64,000 nt of DNA from Vicugna vicugna (lineage: Eukaryota). Location: assembly GCA_013265495.1 (NCBI GenBank), contig MU057744.1, forward strand, positions 1,440,356 to 1,504,355. Reading direction: 5' to 3'. Positions within the stretch are counted from its first letter, which is position 1, and each line of letters opens with the position of its first letter. The translations under genes and the position numbers were made by a program. Below are positions 51,190 to 62,677 of the stretch, one piece after another. Below the pieces are notes generated by a model, which was given only the letters and a program-made list of their open reading frames with translations, was not told the DNA's origin and ran no database searches.

Positions 51190-51920
51190 TCCTCGCTCAC
51201 CGCCTCCGGCGTCCTCCGGCTCCGCGCTCCCAGAGGCTGTTGGAAGATGAGCGGTGGGCCCCCGGCCGCTCCCCCGCGGCCCCGAGGAGACACGGGGCTC
51301 TGTCCACTTAGGCCCCGAAGTCCGCTGTGTGTCTTACGCTCAGGGCGCGTCTGGGCGCCCGGCCGGCGTCGGGGAGAGCCGTGCTGGCGGCGTGGCTCCG
51401 GGCGGGCATGTCCCCGCCGCCCTGCCGGGCTGCCCGGGACCCTCCGCCGGCCGGACGCGGGGGTCTGGGCCTCCGTCCTCGTCGTGCACCCTGCCCCCCT
51501 CCCCTGGGAGGGTCCCATCCACAGCCAGCCGGCCACCAGCTCAGGGCGCGGAGCCCACCCGGGCCCCCACCACGCTCACCGAGGCCGCCGGTCACCTCGC
51601 CCTTCGCGTGTCCCCAGCCACACATCCGCGCAGAGCGGGCTTCTCTGCTTTTGTCCCCGCGTCTTTCGTTTTCCTGGCTCCTTTAATTCTGTAAATCTGC
51701 GAGAGAACAGTCAGGAGTGTGAGCAAGAAGCTGCGAGTGCCAGGAGCCCGCGGGAGGGCGCTGTGGGCGTGGGGCGGCCCTCCGCGGGAGGGCGCCCGGG
51801 GGCGGCGGGGGAGCGAGCGCGTGGGGCACGTGGAGACGTGGCGGGGCCGGAGCCCTGCTGTCCACGTCACGTACCCCAGGGCTCCTCCTGGCAGCTGGCC
51901 TTGCAGTTTTCCGCCGTCGC
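51190..51920. promoter_or_regulatory. Intronic CpG island, partly on an apparent L2 remnant
   Basis: Dense CpG; 51460-51660 loosely resembles L2 (ctgggcctcc...ccctgggagggtcccatccacagcc). Confidence 0.55.
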
Positions 51921-52774
51921 TGCTCCCACTTTGCTTAGAGACCTCGCTTTTAGCCAGGCATCTCCCAAATGTGCTCATCCCCTTTCAGGCCTCAGGAAAG
52001 AAAATTAAATTAAGCTGATTTGGGCCCATGACCAGGTGAAGTTAACGGCTGACTCCGCCCGCTGCACCCGCGCAGGGAGCATGAAAAATGTCTGGGAGGG
52101 GGGGTGGGGGGGCAGGGCTGCTTCTCCTGGGACCTGGCCGCTGAGCTCCGGCAGCCTTGTCCCCAGAGCTGTGTCCCCTAGATGCTGAAAAATGATTGGA
52201 AAGCGCAGGCCTCCCATGGCCTCTCTGTATTGATGACTCTGTATTTGAAAAGCCAGCGTTTCATTGGGTTATCTCTCGGCAAAAACTATTCAAGGGCGTT
52301 CACTGTCATTCGCGTTCATTCTGAGCGTGATTTGGTGACATTTGAAGTGAAGTTTTAGTTGTTCTGCAGGCTGACCTAATAAACAGCGTCTAATCGATAC
52401 CGATTTAAAACTGATCTCTAGGGATATTAGGATAATGTTCACAGTGGCTCCCTCCTCCCCCCCAATAGAGCTGTTTTATAAAACATTTGGTCATCTCAGC
52501 TGCAGGAAAGAAACTGGCTTTGCCAGAAAAATAAGGGCTTTGCAGTCAGAAATATCTGGGTTCAATTTCTGGTTCCACTCTTGGAAAAGTTAATTTAACC
52601 TCGCTGAGCCCCTTCCCTTTTGCATAAAATGAAATCTGCCCAGTAAGATAAAATTCTCTTAACTTGCTCAGTAAAGGTCAGATTTCCTCTTTGCTGTTCC
52701 CAGGGTCTGAAAGGGGGGCAGGGAAGCACCGAGAAAGACCCACAGCCCGAAGCCAGCGGGTCTCCAACAGCTCT

Positions 52775-52795
52775 GTGTGTGTGTGTGTGTGTGTG
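52775..52795. repeat. (TG)n microsatellite
   Basis: Read directly. Confidence 0.9.
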
Positions 52796-52989
52796 ATCAG
52801 ATTGCTTTCGTAACAGCAAGAGCCGAGAGCATTTGGCGTGAAATGCTCTATTACTTAATTTCAGTTGGGGGACGGGGTGAGGGTCCTGGGGACCTGAGGG
52901 GAGAGGTCACCAGGGGGAGGACAGCTGTGTGGAAACAGAAGGGACAACTTCGGACGTTTTGCCCTCAGGACGCTCTGTTCCTCCCTGGG

Positions 52990-53366
52990 GCAGTTTGCCA
53001 GCACTGCCATAGTGAAATGCCACAGGTGGGTGTCTTAAACAAGGCGTTTATTTTCTCACCATCTGGAGGTTGGGAGCCCAAACTGGAGGTGCTGGCAGGT
53101 TTGGCTTCCCCGAGCCCCTCTCCTCAGCCTGCAGACGGCTGTCTGCTCGCTGCTGCTTCACACGGTCTTCCCGCTGGGTGTCCGTGTCCTAATTGTCTCT
53201 GCTTGTGAGGACACCCGTCAGGTTGGACTCAGGGCCCACGCTCATGACCTCGTCTAATCTCGACTGCAAAGATCCTGTCTCTGAATATGGTCACATTCTG
53301 AGGTCCTCGTCAGGGGGTTCAGGGCATCAACATGTGACTTTTTGGGAGACAGTTAAGTGTATGACA
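52990..53366 (-). mobile_element. MLT1B-like solo LTR
   Basis: tttattttctcaccatctggagg...agggcccacgctcatgacctc...gcaaagatcctgtct...ggtcacattctgagg. Confidence 0.85.
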
Positions 53367-56342
53367 CGCCCCATCTTGGCGGCCAAGATGGCTTAACTCT
53401 TCTCGTCTGGGCTCATCCTTCCCTCCATCCTGTCTGTGCCTTTATCTTACCAAGGTATCTCGGAGGGAGAGGTATCTGACCTCAAGGGGGAGCTTAAACA
53501 TGTTGGCTCAGGAAGCGAACTGGTGCCCTGTGCGGCGGTGAGGGCCCTGGGTGGCGAGGGGCACCAGGCAGGACCACAGCGCTGTGTCTTGTGATGCTGG
53601 GAGCGCTGGGGCTTCGGGAAGAGAGGTCACGGGCAGCGTTACGGCTGGAGGGTGTGAAGGAATGGGGCCTTCCTTCCGCAGCTGCTGGGAACCAGGCTGG
53701 CTGAAAGCAGTAGAGGTTACGGCTTTGCATTAGACAGTGTCGGTAATGCTGGACAAGGCGGTTCTGATCCTGGAGGAGTGTGAGTCTTCGGTGCTCGTGT
53801 GTGTGTGCCCGTATGCTCAGCGTGTAGCGTGATGGCCTGTGTGGCCTGTGGGCTCTTTTCTTTTCCGGCTGCAGAGTATGTCTTCATGGGCACTGGCCGC
53901 GAGAACACTCTTCTCAACTTGCCCTTGAGAAAGATAGGAAGACTGCTTGCACCTGGAGGCTCTGCCTCCCTGCAGGAGGGATGGCTTTGGGGAAGACTTT
54001 GATCTTCCAAATGGCACCTGCACCTGCGGGGACAGGAGGATAATGCACTCACCAGGGGTTCAGTCCCAGGTCTAAGAGAGATGGTGCGTTGCCTCCCCTT
54101 TGCTGCTGCTGCCTCGCTAACCCGGTTACCTGCCTGCGATGAGTCATCCGATTTTATAGTCTAGCAAAGTCAGGGTAAAAAACGTAAATGTTTTTGTTTG
54201 AATGGACACGCACAGTGTGAGGCGTGTGAAGAGTCATGATTCACTCTTCAAGTACCCTTTGTGGACACAGATTTATTCCTGAAACCAGATGCGCGGGGAC
54301 ACGTTTGTTCCTTTCAGCCAACAGAGGTGTCAGTAAGCGGAGAGCGGTGCCCCTGCCTTTCGCTGGAAACCAAGGGCGCAGAGTGGCCCGACCGCGCTCA
54401 CTGCACGGTCAGATGTGAGACGTCGGTGGGACCGATGCCTCTCCCCACGTCTGGGTGGCCGTGTCGGGTTTCTCTTCTCACGTTCCTCCTACCACAGTGC
54501 GCTTGGGTGTGTTCTGAAAGTGAGCCTTAATGAAAATTTGAGGTTCCCATGTGGCTTTATGGGGTTTCATCTCAGAAATCCTTCTCATTATTTAGAACAG
54601 AGAAAACATTCTAGACCACTTGAAAAAGACACTGTTCCCCGCCCTCGTTTCTCTGAATGCTGGCTCAGGTCGTCTGAATTTGGACCACCCATTTTGGTGT
54701 CTGTTGACACCAGCTGAGAGCAGTGCCCGTGACACCTTCAAATTTAGAAATGGAATGAGGGCTGCCTTTGCCAGTTCAGGCTTTCTGAGAATGCTGGGAA
54801 CCGATGTAGTGGATGGGAGACACACCACTCAGGAGGCCCTCCTGGCCACGCCACACCCCTGGTGACTGTCGCTCGTAAGTCTCAGCGCCTGAGACGGAGA
54901 GTGGGCAGGTGGTCCTGCTTTCCTCCCTAAACTTCCCTTGCAAGAGCGGGTTCTGTTCGTAGGTTCTTTGAGCAAGTGTGCAGATGGGCACAGGGCGGCT
55001 GCTGGCTCGTGGCTTGGAGTAATGCTGTTTACAGCCTGTCACCCCGCACTTCTGTGCCCTGTGAGACAAGCCAAAACCAGGGGCATCGGTGGTGGCCTGA
55101 CTTTTCTGCGGTTGCCAGCCCACGATTTGTCATTCTTCTGTGTTCTGGGCTCCGTTGCTTGGCAGAAGAGTACACTAGGGACCCACAGATCAGCCCGTGT
55201 TGGTTTTATATTGTTGTAGAAAATGTTCAAGGGGCCAAGTAAGCTTTCTGCCCAGCACGTTAGTTCTCTCCAGCCTCCATTCTGCGGTAGGTAGTCTGTT
55301 TTCTGCAGTACTTAGACAAGTTTAGGTTAAGCTGTCATGTGACGGATACAAGAGATGGCTCGTAAAATCTTGCCTTTGAAAGAGGTTGCAGGACGGTGTT
55401 CTGAGAGACAGCCTTTCAGTGAATTCCAGTTAAGTGTTTGTATTATTTATAAAGGCAGAATAACCCTTTCTTGCCTGAGTTTCCACTGTAACTCCTGCAC
55501 GGCACAGCGAAAGTGTGTGGATCCCACGAGGCTGAGCCACTCATCCTTGGGTTAAAAATACAGAGCCCTGGAGAGGCACCCCTAGTTCTTTGCCCTTTTC
55601 ACCTGCCTCGCAGGTGATCTCTGCTCGTTCTGACGTTTCATCTGCCTCCAGCTTAACCCGTTGTGATGGGGGCTTTATTCCACAGTGGGTCTCAGGCTAC
55701 CTTTCTTAGACGTAAATGAAGAACGCTAACATCTCGGTAGGCATGTTTGAGAATAAGCAGAGGGTTTTCTTCCCACCCCCTTAACTGTCAGATTTTCAGA
55801 TGTGTTTCCACGTAAGAGAACAGTGTGAAAAAAATAATAGCCATTTATTTCCATAAACTGTTTCGTTCCTTTTGAATATGTTTATATTGGAAATCGTTTT
55901 TTTGTGCAGTCTGGTAACAGTTTGTATTTGTGACTAGGAGGTAGTGAATCAGTGAGAAGTAATGGAAAGTCACGTGATTTCAAAGAGCTCAGCCACCGAG
56001 AGTAAATGAAGCTAACATCTATCATGTCAAGTTTATATATGACTTCACGTTTTATCACCAAAATGCCTTCAAAGGTTGCAGTGAAATCCACACTCATTTT
56101 AGCAGAAGATAATTAAATATTATCTTAGTAAGAAATATAAAAAGATGAGTAAGCTACAGTTTAGAAAACTGACTCACATTCCTTCACTATTCCCAGTGTA
56201 TCCTGTCTGACATTCAAGCGCAAAACACAAATGTAAAATTTCAGTTGGTGAGACTCTATATAATGAATTTTTAATTAATCCGTGGTACTTCAGAAGATTA
56301 CTTTTAATTAGGCAGTCTGCAGAGATGAGTTTATAAGGTTGG

Positions 56343-57255
56343 CATGGTAGGGCAGAAGGATGCTGCCTCCCCCTGCCAAATCCACGTCCTGATTCACGGA
56401 CCTGTGAATGTTACCGTAGAGGCCACAGGCATTCTACAGATGTGATTACGTTAAAGATTTTGAGATGGGAAGGTTATCCTGGAGAGTTTGGGTGGATCCA
56501 GTGTAACCAGAAGATTCCTCATAAGAGGGAGGCAGGAGGGTCGGAGTTAGACAAGAAAACGTGATGATGGAAATGAAAGTCAGAGAGAGACCTGAAGATG
56601 GTATGCTGCCGGCTCTGAAGACAGAGTGAAACCCAGCGGGACCCTGTGGGGCCTTCCAGGGTATGAAAGCCTTCCCATGTCCTCCGTTTCTTGCTTGTAG
56701 GAAAAAGACCTCAGCCTCCTAGACCGTCCCTGAGTTCCAAGGGGCAGATTCCAACAGTTACTAGTCAGGGAAGTGAGGGAAGGCAGAAACCACAGCCCAG
56801 CCCAGGGTCCTGGTTCCTCCCCGGGCATATACTGACTGAGATTCCTGAAACATGACCATTACCTCCTCACCAAGCAATTAGAGGAAGGTCACACGTGCCA
56901 CAGCCCTTCTCCGCACATTCTGCCTGGAAACGTTCTTCCCTGGAAACCACTGGGGAGTTCAGGTGTTCTGAGCATGAGCCTCCCACTCTCCTTGCTTGGC
57001 CCCACGGTAAACGTCTCTCTGCGTCGGACTCCGACCTGGCGGACTGTTTGGCCTCACTCTGCCTTGGGCACAACAACTTGGGTTCAACAACAGGAAGAAG
57101 GGACCACGAGCCAACAGGTTCTCCCTCGGAGTCTTGAGAAGGAACGCAGCCTCGCCAACCCGCTTTAGAGTCCGACCTTCATAACTGTCAGCTAATAACT
57201 GTGCACTGTGTTGAACGACCGTGGTAATTTGTTACTGCGGCGATAGGAACCTACG
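56343..57255 (+). mobile_element. MLT1D-like LTR split by a younger LTR (56627-57092)
   Basis: The left part (cctgtgaatgttacc...gatgtgatt...ttgagatggg) and right part (ccacgagccaa...gaaggaacgcagcc...gtggtaatttgttac) are collinear once the insert is removed. Confidence 0.85.
56627..57092 (+). mobile_element. ERV1-like solo LTR nested in MLT1D
   Basis: TG...AACA termini. It interrupts MLT1D and shares ccctgtggggccttcc and gtttggcctcact with the LTR at about 59105-59982. Confidence 0.8.
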
Positions 57256-57495
57256 GTTGGGTATAGAAGTGGGATGTTGCAGTGGGCATGGTCAGTGCGG
57301 CCTGCTTCACAGCCGAGGCTTTGTGTACCTTTGGTTAACAAGGACCCACTGCCCTCTCTGATCTCCAAGTGAAGTGCAGTCTGTGATTTGATTTTTAAAT
57401 GTGAAACATTTTTAGTTGCAAAAAGCTCACAGAGACATCATTTCACTTGGCCTGGTGTTCCCAGGGGAAAGTTCGGTTTCAAGAAGGGAATGGTG

Positions 57496-58114
57496 GAATT
57501 GCTGGGTCATACGGTAGTTCTATTTTTAGTTTTTTGAGAAACCTCCATAAAACACGAATTTGAAAAGACACATGCACCCCAATGTTCACAGCAGTACTAT
57601 ATACAATAGTCAAGACATGGAAGCAACCTAAATGTCCATCAACAGATGACTGGATAAAGAAGATGTGGTATATTTATACAATGGAATACTACTCAGCCAT
57701 AAAAAGAATAAAATAATGCCATTTGCAGCAACATGGATGGACTTGGAGGTCATTATGCTAAGTGAAATGAATCAGAGAAAAACAAATACTGTATGATACC
57801 ACTTATATGTGGAATCTAAAAAATACAACAAGCTAGTAAATTTAACAAAAAAGCAGACTCACAGAGAGCAAGCTAGTGGTTGTGGGGGAGGGAAGTGGAG
57901 GGGCAATATAGGGGCAGGGAATTAAGAGGTACAAGCTAATATGTATAAAATAAGCTACAAGGACATATTGTACAAATAGGGAATGTAGCCAATATTTTAT
58001 AATAACTATAAATGGAACATAATCTTTAAAAAGTGTGAAACACTATATTGCACACCTGTAACATATGATATTGTACATCAACTATGCTTCAATTAAAAAA
58101 TATATAAAATAAAA
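57496..58114 (+). mobile_element. 5'-truncated L1 with a 5' inversion
   Basis: About 57496-57549 is antisense ORF2 (WRFLKKLKIELPYDPAIP on the minus strand). It is followed by the sense ORF2 end, 3' UTR and A-tail. Degenerate TSD aagaagggaatggtg (57481-57495) / gagaaggggttggtg (58115-58129). Confidence 0.88.
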
Positions 58115-59104
58115 GAGAAGGGGTTGGTGACAAAACCCAAAGTGTCCAGAGCTGCCATATCACTGTGACGGCTGATGACCTGCGAGCACATGTTGCCACA
58201 CCAGCTGCACTCAGTCAAGTTACTCGTTGAATGAAGGTTATGTACTCACGACTGATTTTATACATTCATTCTTGGAAAAATCGCCACATAGTATTTTTAT
58301 GAAGTAAGAGTTCCGGTTGGTTTGGTGTGTTATTGTTCCAGAGGGAGATATGAACAGATCTTGGTTCCCTTGGACAACGCGGCTTTGCAGACAGAGCGGA
58401 AGGAAGTCTGGGCTCAGCCGCCCCTGAGAACTTTTGGGGGCCCTGTGGACGTCTGGACATGCCGTTAGTAGCCGCTGTCGTGTGCGCTTTGTTATCAAGC
58501 AGGTCTGGTTTCCGGGGCCAGTTGAGGAATGGAAACTGGCTCTGGCCTCTGTGGGGCAGGCTTAGGTGCCTGCAGGAAACAGCTCACCCTATGAAGGGCA
58601 CCGTTCCCAAATCTTGGTGACATGGACTCAGAAATACAGACACACCAGGGGGCATTCTTCTGAGACCTGTCTTCAGGTCCGTGGACAGATCTGAGCTCTT
58701 ACTTTTCCTTCCTGAGCCCCACCCTGCCCTTCACATCGTGGACCCGCGCCGCCACTAGCCAGGGCTGCTCCGGCAGACACCCTGAAGCAGAAAGCACAGC
58801 TGCTGACGCCAGGGCTCTTGGCCCAGAGGATGGGGCCACGGAAAGAGGAGGGGAGAGCCAGCAGAGGGTGGGTTAAAATGCAGGCATGTTTTGATATCCA
58901 TAGGTTCTTCTTGTTTTGTTATTTTTGGGTTGTTTTTTTTTTTTGGTATCCACATATTCTTTTTCCCTTTTATTTTGCCCTGTTTTCCCGGCCCTTTCTG
59001 GCCTTGATTTGAGAAAGGAATGCATCTGGACCGACCACTTCCTCATCAGAATGCCCTGCAGCACCTGATGCTGATTTCCAGGAAAGGAGCCTTTCTAGTA
59101 AAGA

Positions 59105-59982
59105 TGCACCGCCCTGTGGGGCCTTCCTGGGTCAGACCCCTCCCCCATATCCTCCACTGCAGCTCCTCTCTGAAGTACCCAGATATTGGTATCTCATGCG
59201 TATTTCCTGAGTTTTTCAGATGCTAAAACCCACCACCAAATGCAGAAAATTAACTGATGACCATGAGCTCGTGGCCCCCAGACCTTCTTTTGTTACGGAA
59301 ATGACAGACCAGCAAGAAACAAGCACCACTCGGAGGGTTGGAGTACTCAGACTTATTACGCCATAAGGCTCAGAGGGGCTTCTGCTCCGAAGCTCTGAGC
59401 ACCTCCAAGACGTGCGCATGAGGTTTTATAGGGTTAATTATAAGCTTAGGGTATTCAGCCAATAGGCATGGAACAGCTTTAGCAGCATCATTATCACAAA
59501 AGTAGAGGCAGGGAGGCAGCAAACCAACATTTCAAGGCCAGATATGTCTCTCCGAAAATCCAGCTGGCTAGCAAAAAAATAAACATGAACAGGGAATCAG
59601 CAAACCAACACTTATGAACTTAGATTTACGAGTTAGTCCAGCAGAACTGAGATCAGTAATGCGACACCTGTTACACTTAGATTTGTGACTTAGCTTGTTA
59701 GCCCAGCTGGGCTTTTCCTTCACACTCTCCTGAGGACTGATCACCGTGAACCGGAGAATTGTGCACAGCTGATCACACACCCTGGGCCGCCCCTCCCTCG
59801 GCTGCCCTTACAGATGCTCAGCAGAAAGCCTGCGGGGAGTTTGGGGGTTGGGGGGTGGTTTGGGCATGACCCCCCAGTCCTCCGCCTTGCTCGGCCCTGC
59901 AGTAAACGTTTCTCTGCTCCAGATTCCCACGTTTTGTTTGGCCTCACTGTCCAATGGGCATGCGCACTTGTGTTCGGTAACA
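59105..59982 (+). mobile_element. ERV1-like LTR interrupted by an antisense LTR
   Basis: Similar to 56627-57092 at both ends and finishes ttcggtaaca; the 5' edge is approximate. Confidence 0.7.
59291..59722 (-). mobile_element. ERV solo LTR related to the 44-kb LTR
   Basis: TG...CA ends; minus-strand TATAAAA near 59424-59430; ggagggttggagtactcagacttatta parallels ggagagttggagaactcaggtttatta at 44.18 kb. No TSD recognised. Confidence 0.75.
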
Positions 59983-60207
59983 GGACTTTATGATGGGATA
60001 TAGTCCGTGTCCAGGTTAATAAGGGGTGAGTGGTACCTGGGAGCAGTGTAGAGCATTACTAAGGTCAAATTAAGAGACATAAAAGCAGGTTGAAATATCC
60101 TTAGACCCTGAGTGGCCTTTCTGAAAACTTAAACGCCCCTCAAATTGAAGAGTGTTTGTTTTCTTGAGAGAGAACGTCTGCTGACTTCTCAGGCTTTGCG
60201 GTTCCTC

Positions 60208-60686
60208 TGTGAACGAAAAATACTGCAAACCATGTCAGTAAACAAAGAACGCTGAAGCCATCAAGTCATCAGTGGCTGCCGCCACCCCCCAGGGAAGACC
60301 AGCCTGCAGCCCGGCCTCGGCAGCCCCTCACAGTGGTGCACCCTGAGGGGGCTCAGAACAAGAAGGGACAGGACACTGGCCCTAGAGAGCTAGGTGCTTG
60401 TCAAAGGAATGAATTCAATGAGCCCAAATGTTTGCTTCCTCCCATACATAGAAAAGCATTAAATTCTTTAACTTGAGATGCCTGGTTTTCTTTAGTTAAC
60501 AGGTAATCTTTTGTTGTTTCAACTACCTGGTCTTTGTTGTAAAGCTCCTATATACCCTGGCTCCTCCCCTGCCTCTTCGGAGCCATCCCTCAGAGCTATC
60601 TGAGGGGCTGTCATCCCCGCTCGAGTCCTCCCGCAAAATAAAACATAATTCTGGACTTTTAGGCTGTGCATTTATTTCAGTCAACA
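60208..60686 (+). mobile_element. ERV1-class solo LTR
   Basis: TGT...ACA termini, perfect 4-bp TSD CCTC (60204-60207 / 60687-60690), TATATA at 60549-60554 and AATAAA at 60637-60642. Confidence 0.9.
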
Positions 60687-60944
60687 CCTCCTGTGTCTCT
60701 GCCTGTGCGATTCTCAGGGAAAGTGTTACCCCGTTTGAAATCATGTTCTGTAAGAGATACGTAAAAATACCTTGCATATGCAAAATACAGTGCAGTTGTA
60801 AGAGTGCTGTCGTGATGTCAAAACCTGGCTCAGAGCTCACTCACTTCCTGACGTTTGTTGGGTAAGTCCCACTGCAGCCGCACTGGACTGTCTCTCCGCC
60901 TGCAGGACCTCGGGGACTGTGGCTGGGGCAGCGGGACAGGGTGT

Positions 60945-61147
60945 GTTCTCATGCTCTGTAGCTGTCTGTGATGATGGCCGTGCTCTGTATCTGCACTGTC
61001 CAGCAGCCATTGGCCAAATGTGGGTATCAAGTCCTTGACATGGGGCGGATGCCATAGAGGAACTGAATTTTTAATTTTTTTTAATTTGAATTAACTTGAG
61101 TCTAAATGGCCACATGAGGCTAGTGGCTACCATATTGGCCAGCACCG
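60945..61147. mobile_element. MER3-like hAT-Charlie DNA transposon (MITE)
   Basis: tgtgatgatgg...gaggaactgaatttttaatt...gccacatgaggctagtggctaccatattgg. Confidence 0.8.
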
Positions 61148-62336
61148 CCCCTCAGATCACCTGATTAAAGAGAACAGCCGGAAGCTGAGAGCTGAGACCA
61201 GAGGCTCCTTAAGGGACGTGTGGTGACCTTGGATTGGCTGTTAGGAGCCCCGGGTGATGCTGCCCTGCCAGGAGAGCTGACGAGTTACTGAGACCTTCAG
61301 GAGGACTCAGAACATCAGAAGAGGGCGTGAGATCTGTTCGTGCCGTGGGGCTGCCGGGCGGTCAGTCAGGAAGGGGAGGATGAGCACGGGAGACCGAGGG
61401 CTGATCAGAGAGGCGTGCAGGGGCGGCGACCCCAGGGGCTTCCAGGAGTAGGGAGTCCGGGCCGGGCTCCCACGACTGGGGAGAGAGCAGGGTCAGCCCG
61501 AGGACTTGGGCCACACAGAGCCGTCACTTTGCTTCGCCAGGACTACGGGCTCCATCTGGGACTGAAGCTGGAGGCGGAAGTCAGCGCTGGGTCAGGAGCA
61601 GGAGGGACAGAGGGACTTTTCGGAATTGGAGGTTCAGGGGCAGCCAGGGGCTTGGCAGGCGCGGAAACCTGGGGGCCAGGGAGATTGTTCAGTTCTCCTG
61701 TTAAGTGAGGTGCGCTGTGATGAGCTCCCTGGAAGGGAGCTGGTCTCGGAGGGTCTGTGTTTCCTGAGATTCTCCTCCCATCACAGCGCAGTGTTCACCT
61801 GAAACAGCCGGCGAAACGCGACACCAGAGAACAGGGCGTGCAGGGTGGGGGACACGGGAGTCTGGGGTTTGGAGGGTGAGCCTGCCAGCTCCAAGCAGTG
61901 AGGCTGGAGCGTTATGGTGGGCAGCATGGGGGGCAGCTGGGCCCCCAGTTCTGTGATTCCTCCATTTCCACCTCTGCGCCTTTGCACAGGAACGCCTGGC
62001 TTTATAGATAGGCTGTTCCTGAAAGGGTAAGCTGAATGAAAAAGGAAAATCAGCATGCAGCTCAAACGTTCGTGGGGGGCACCCTGTGGGCAGTTCCTTC
62101 TTCATGGCAAATAATCGCCCCCTAATGCTGGCTCCGTGGTGTTCAGTTGTGCTGTTTGTGCTGTGACTTCCTCTCTGTGTCTCATCTCCAGATGCTCTTG
62201 TGCACTGTTTAAAGGGCATTCTGGTACCACTAACCTACCAGGTGATGAGTTCCTTGTGAGCGAGGTCTACAGGCATCCTTTCCTCTTTTGAGGGTGGGTT
62301 GGGGGTACAGCTCTTGACACAGTCCTCAAGTGTGAA

Positions 62337-62677
62337 GGTCCTAGTCCATTCTGGCTGCTGTAACACGACACCACTGACTAGGTGGCTTATAAACAACAAA
62401 GTTTGTTTCTCACTGTTTTGGACGCTGGGGCGTCCCCCACCAGGGCTCCTGAAGATCTGGTGTCTGGTGAGGACCTGCTTGGTGGTTCCTGGGTTGTGCC
62501 GACTCACTGTGTTGTCCCGGGGAGAGGGAGCTTCTGGGGCTCTTATAAGGGCCCTGATCCCACTTGCGGGGCACCTCCCTCGTGACCTGATCAACTTCCC
62601 AAAGGCTCCACCTCCCAATACCGTCATCTTTGGGTTCAACATGTGAATTTAGGGAACACAAACATCAGACCATGGCA
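62337..62677 (-). mobile_element. MLT1A-like solo LTR
   Basis: Typical MLT1A body with a 5-bp TSD GTGAA (62332-62336 / 62678-62682). Confidence 0.88.

Noticed and set aside
50986..52008. 340-aa ORF, the longest in the track
   Set aside because: GTG start, low-complexity Arg/Pro/Gly composition and no recognisable domain. It spans a CpG island where stop codons are rare, and other frames are also open.
58642..58655. Second CTCF-like motif ACACCAGGGGGCAT
   Set aside because: Two mismatches to the consensus; expected by chance.
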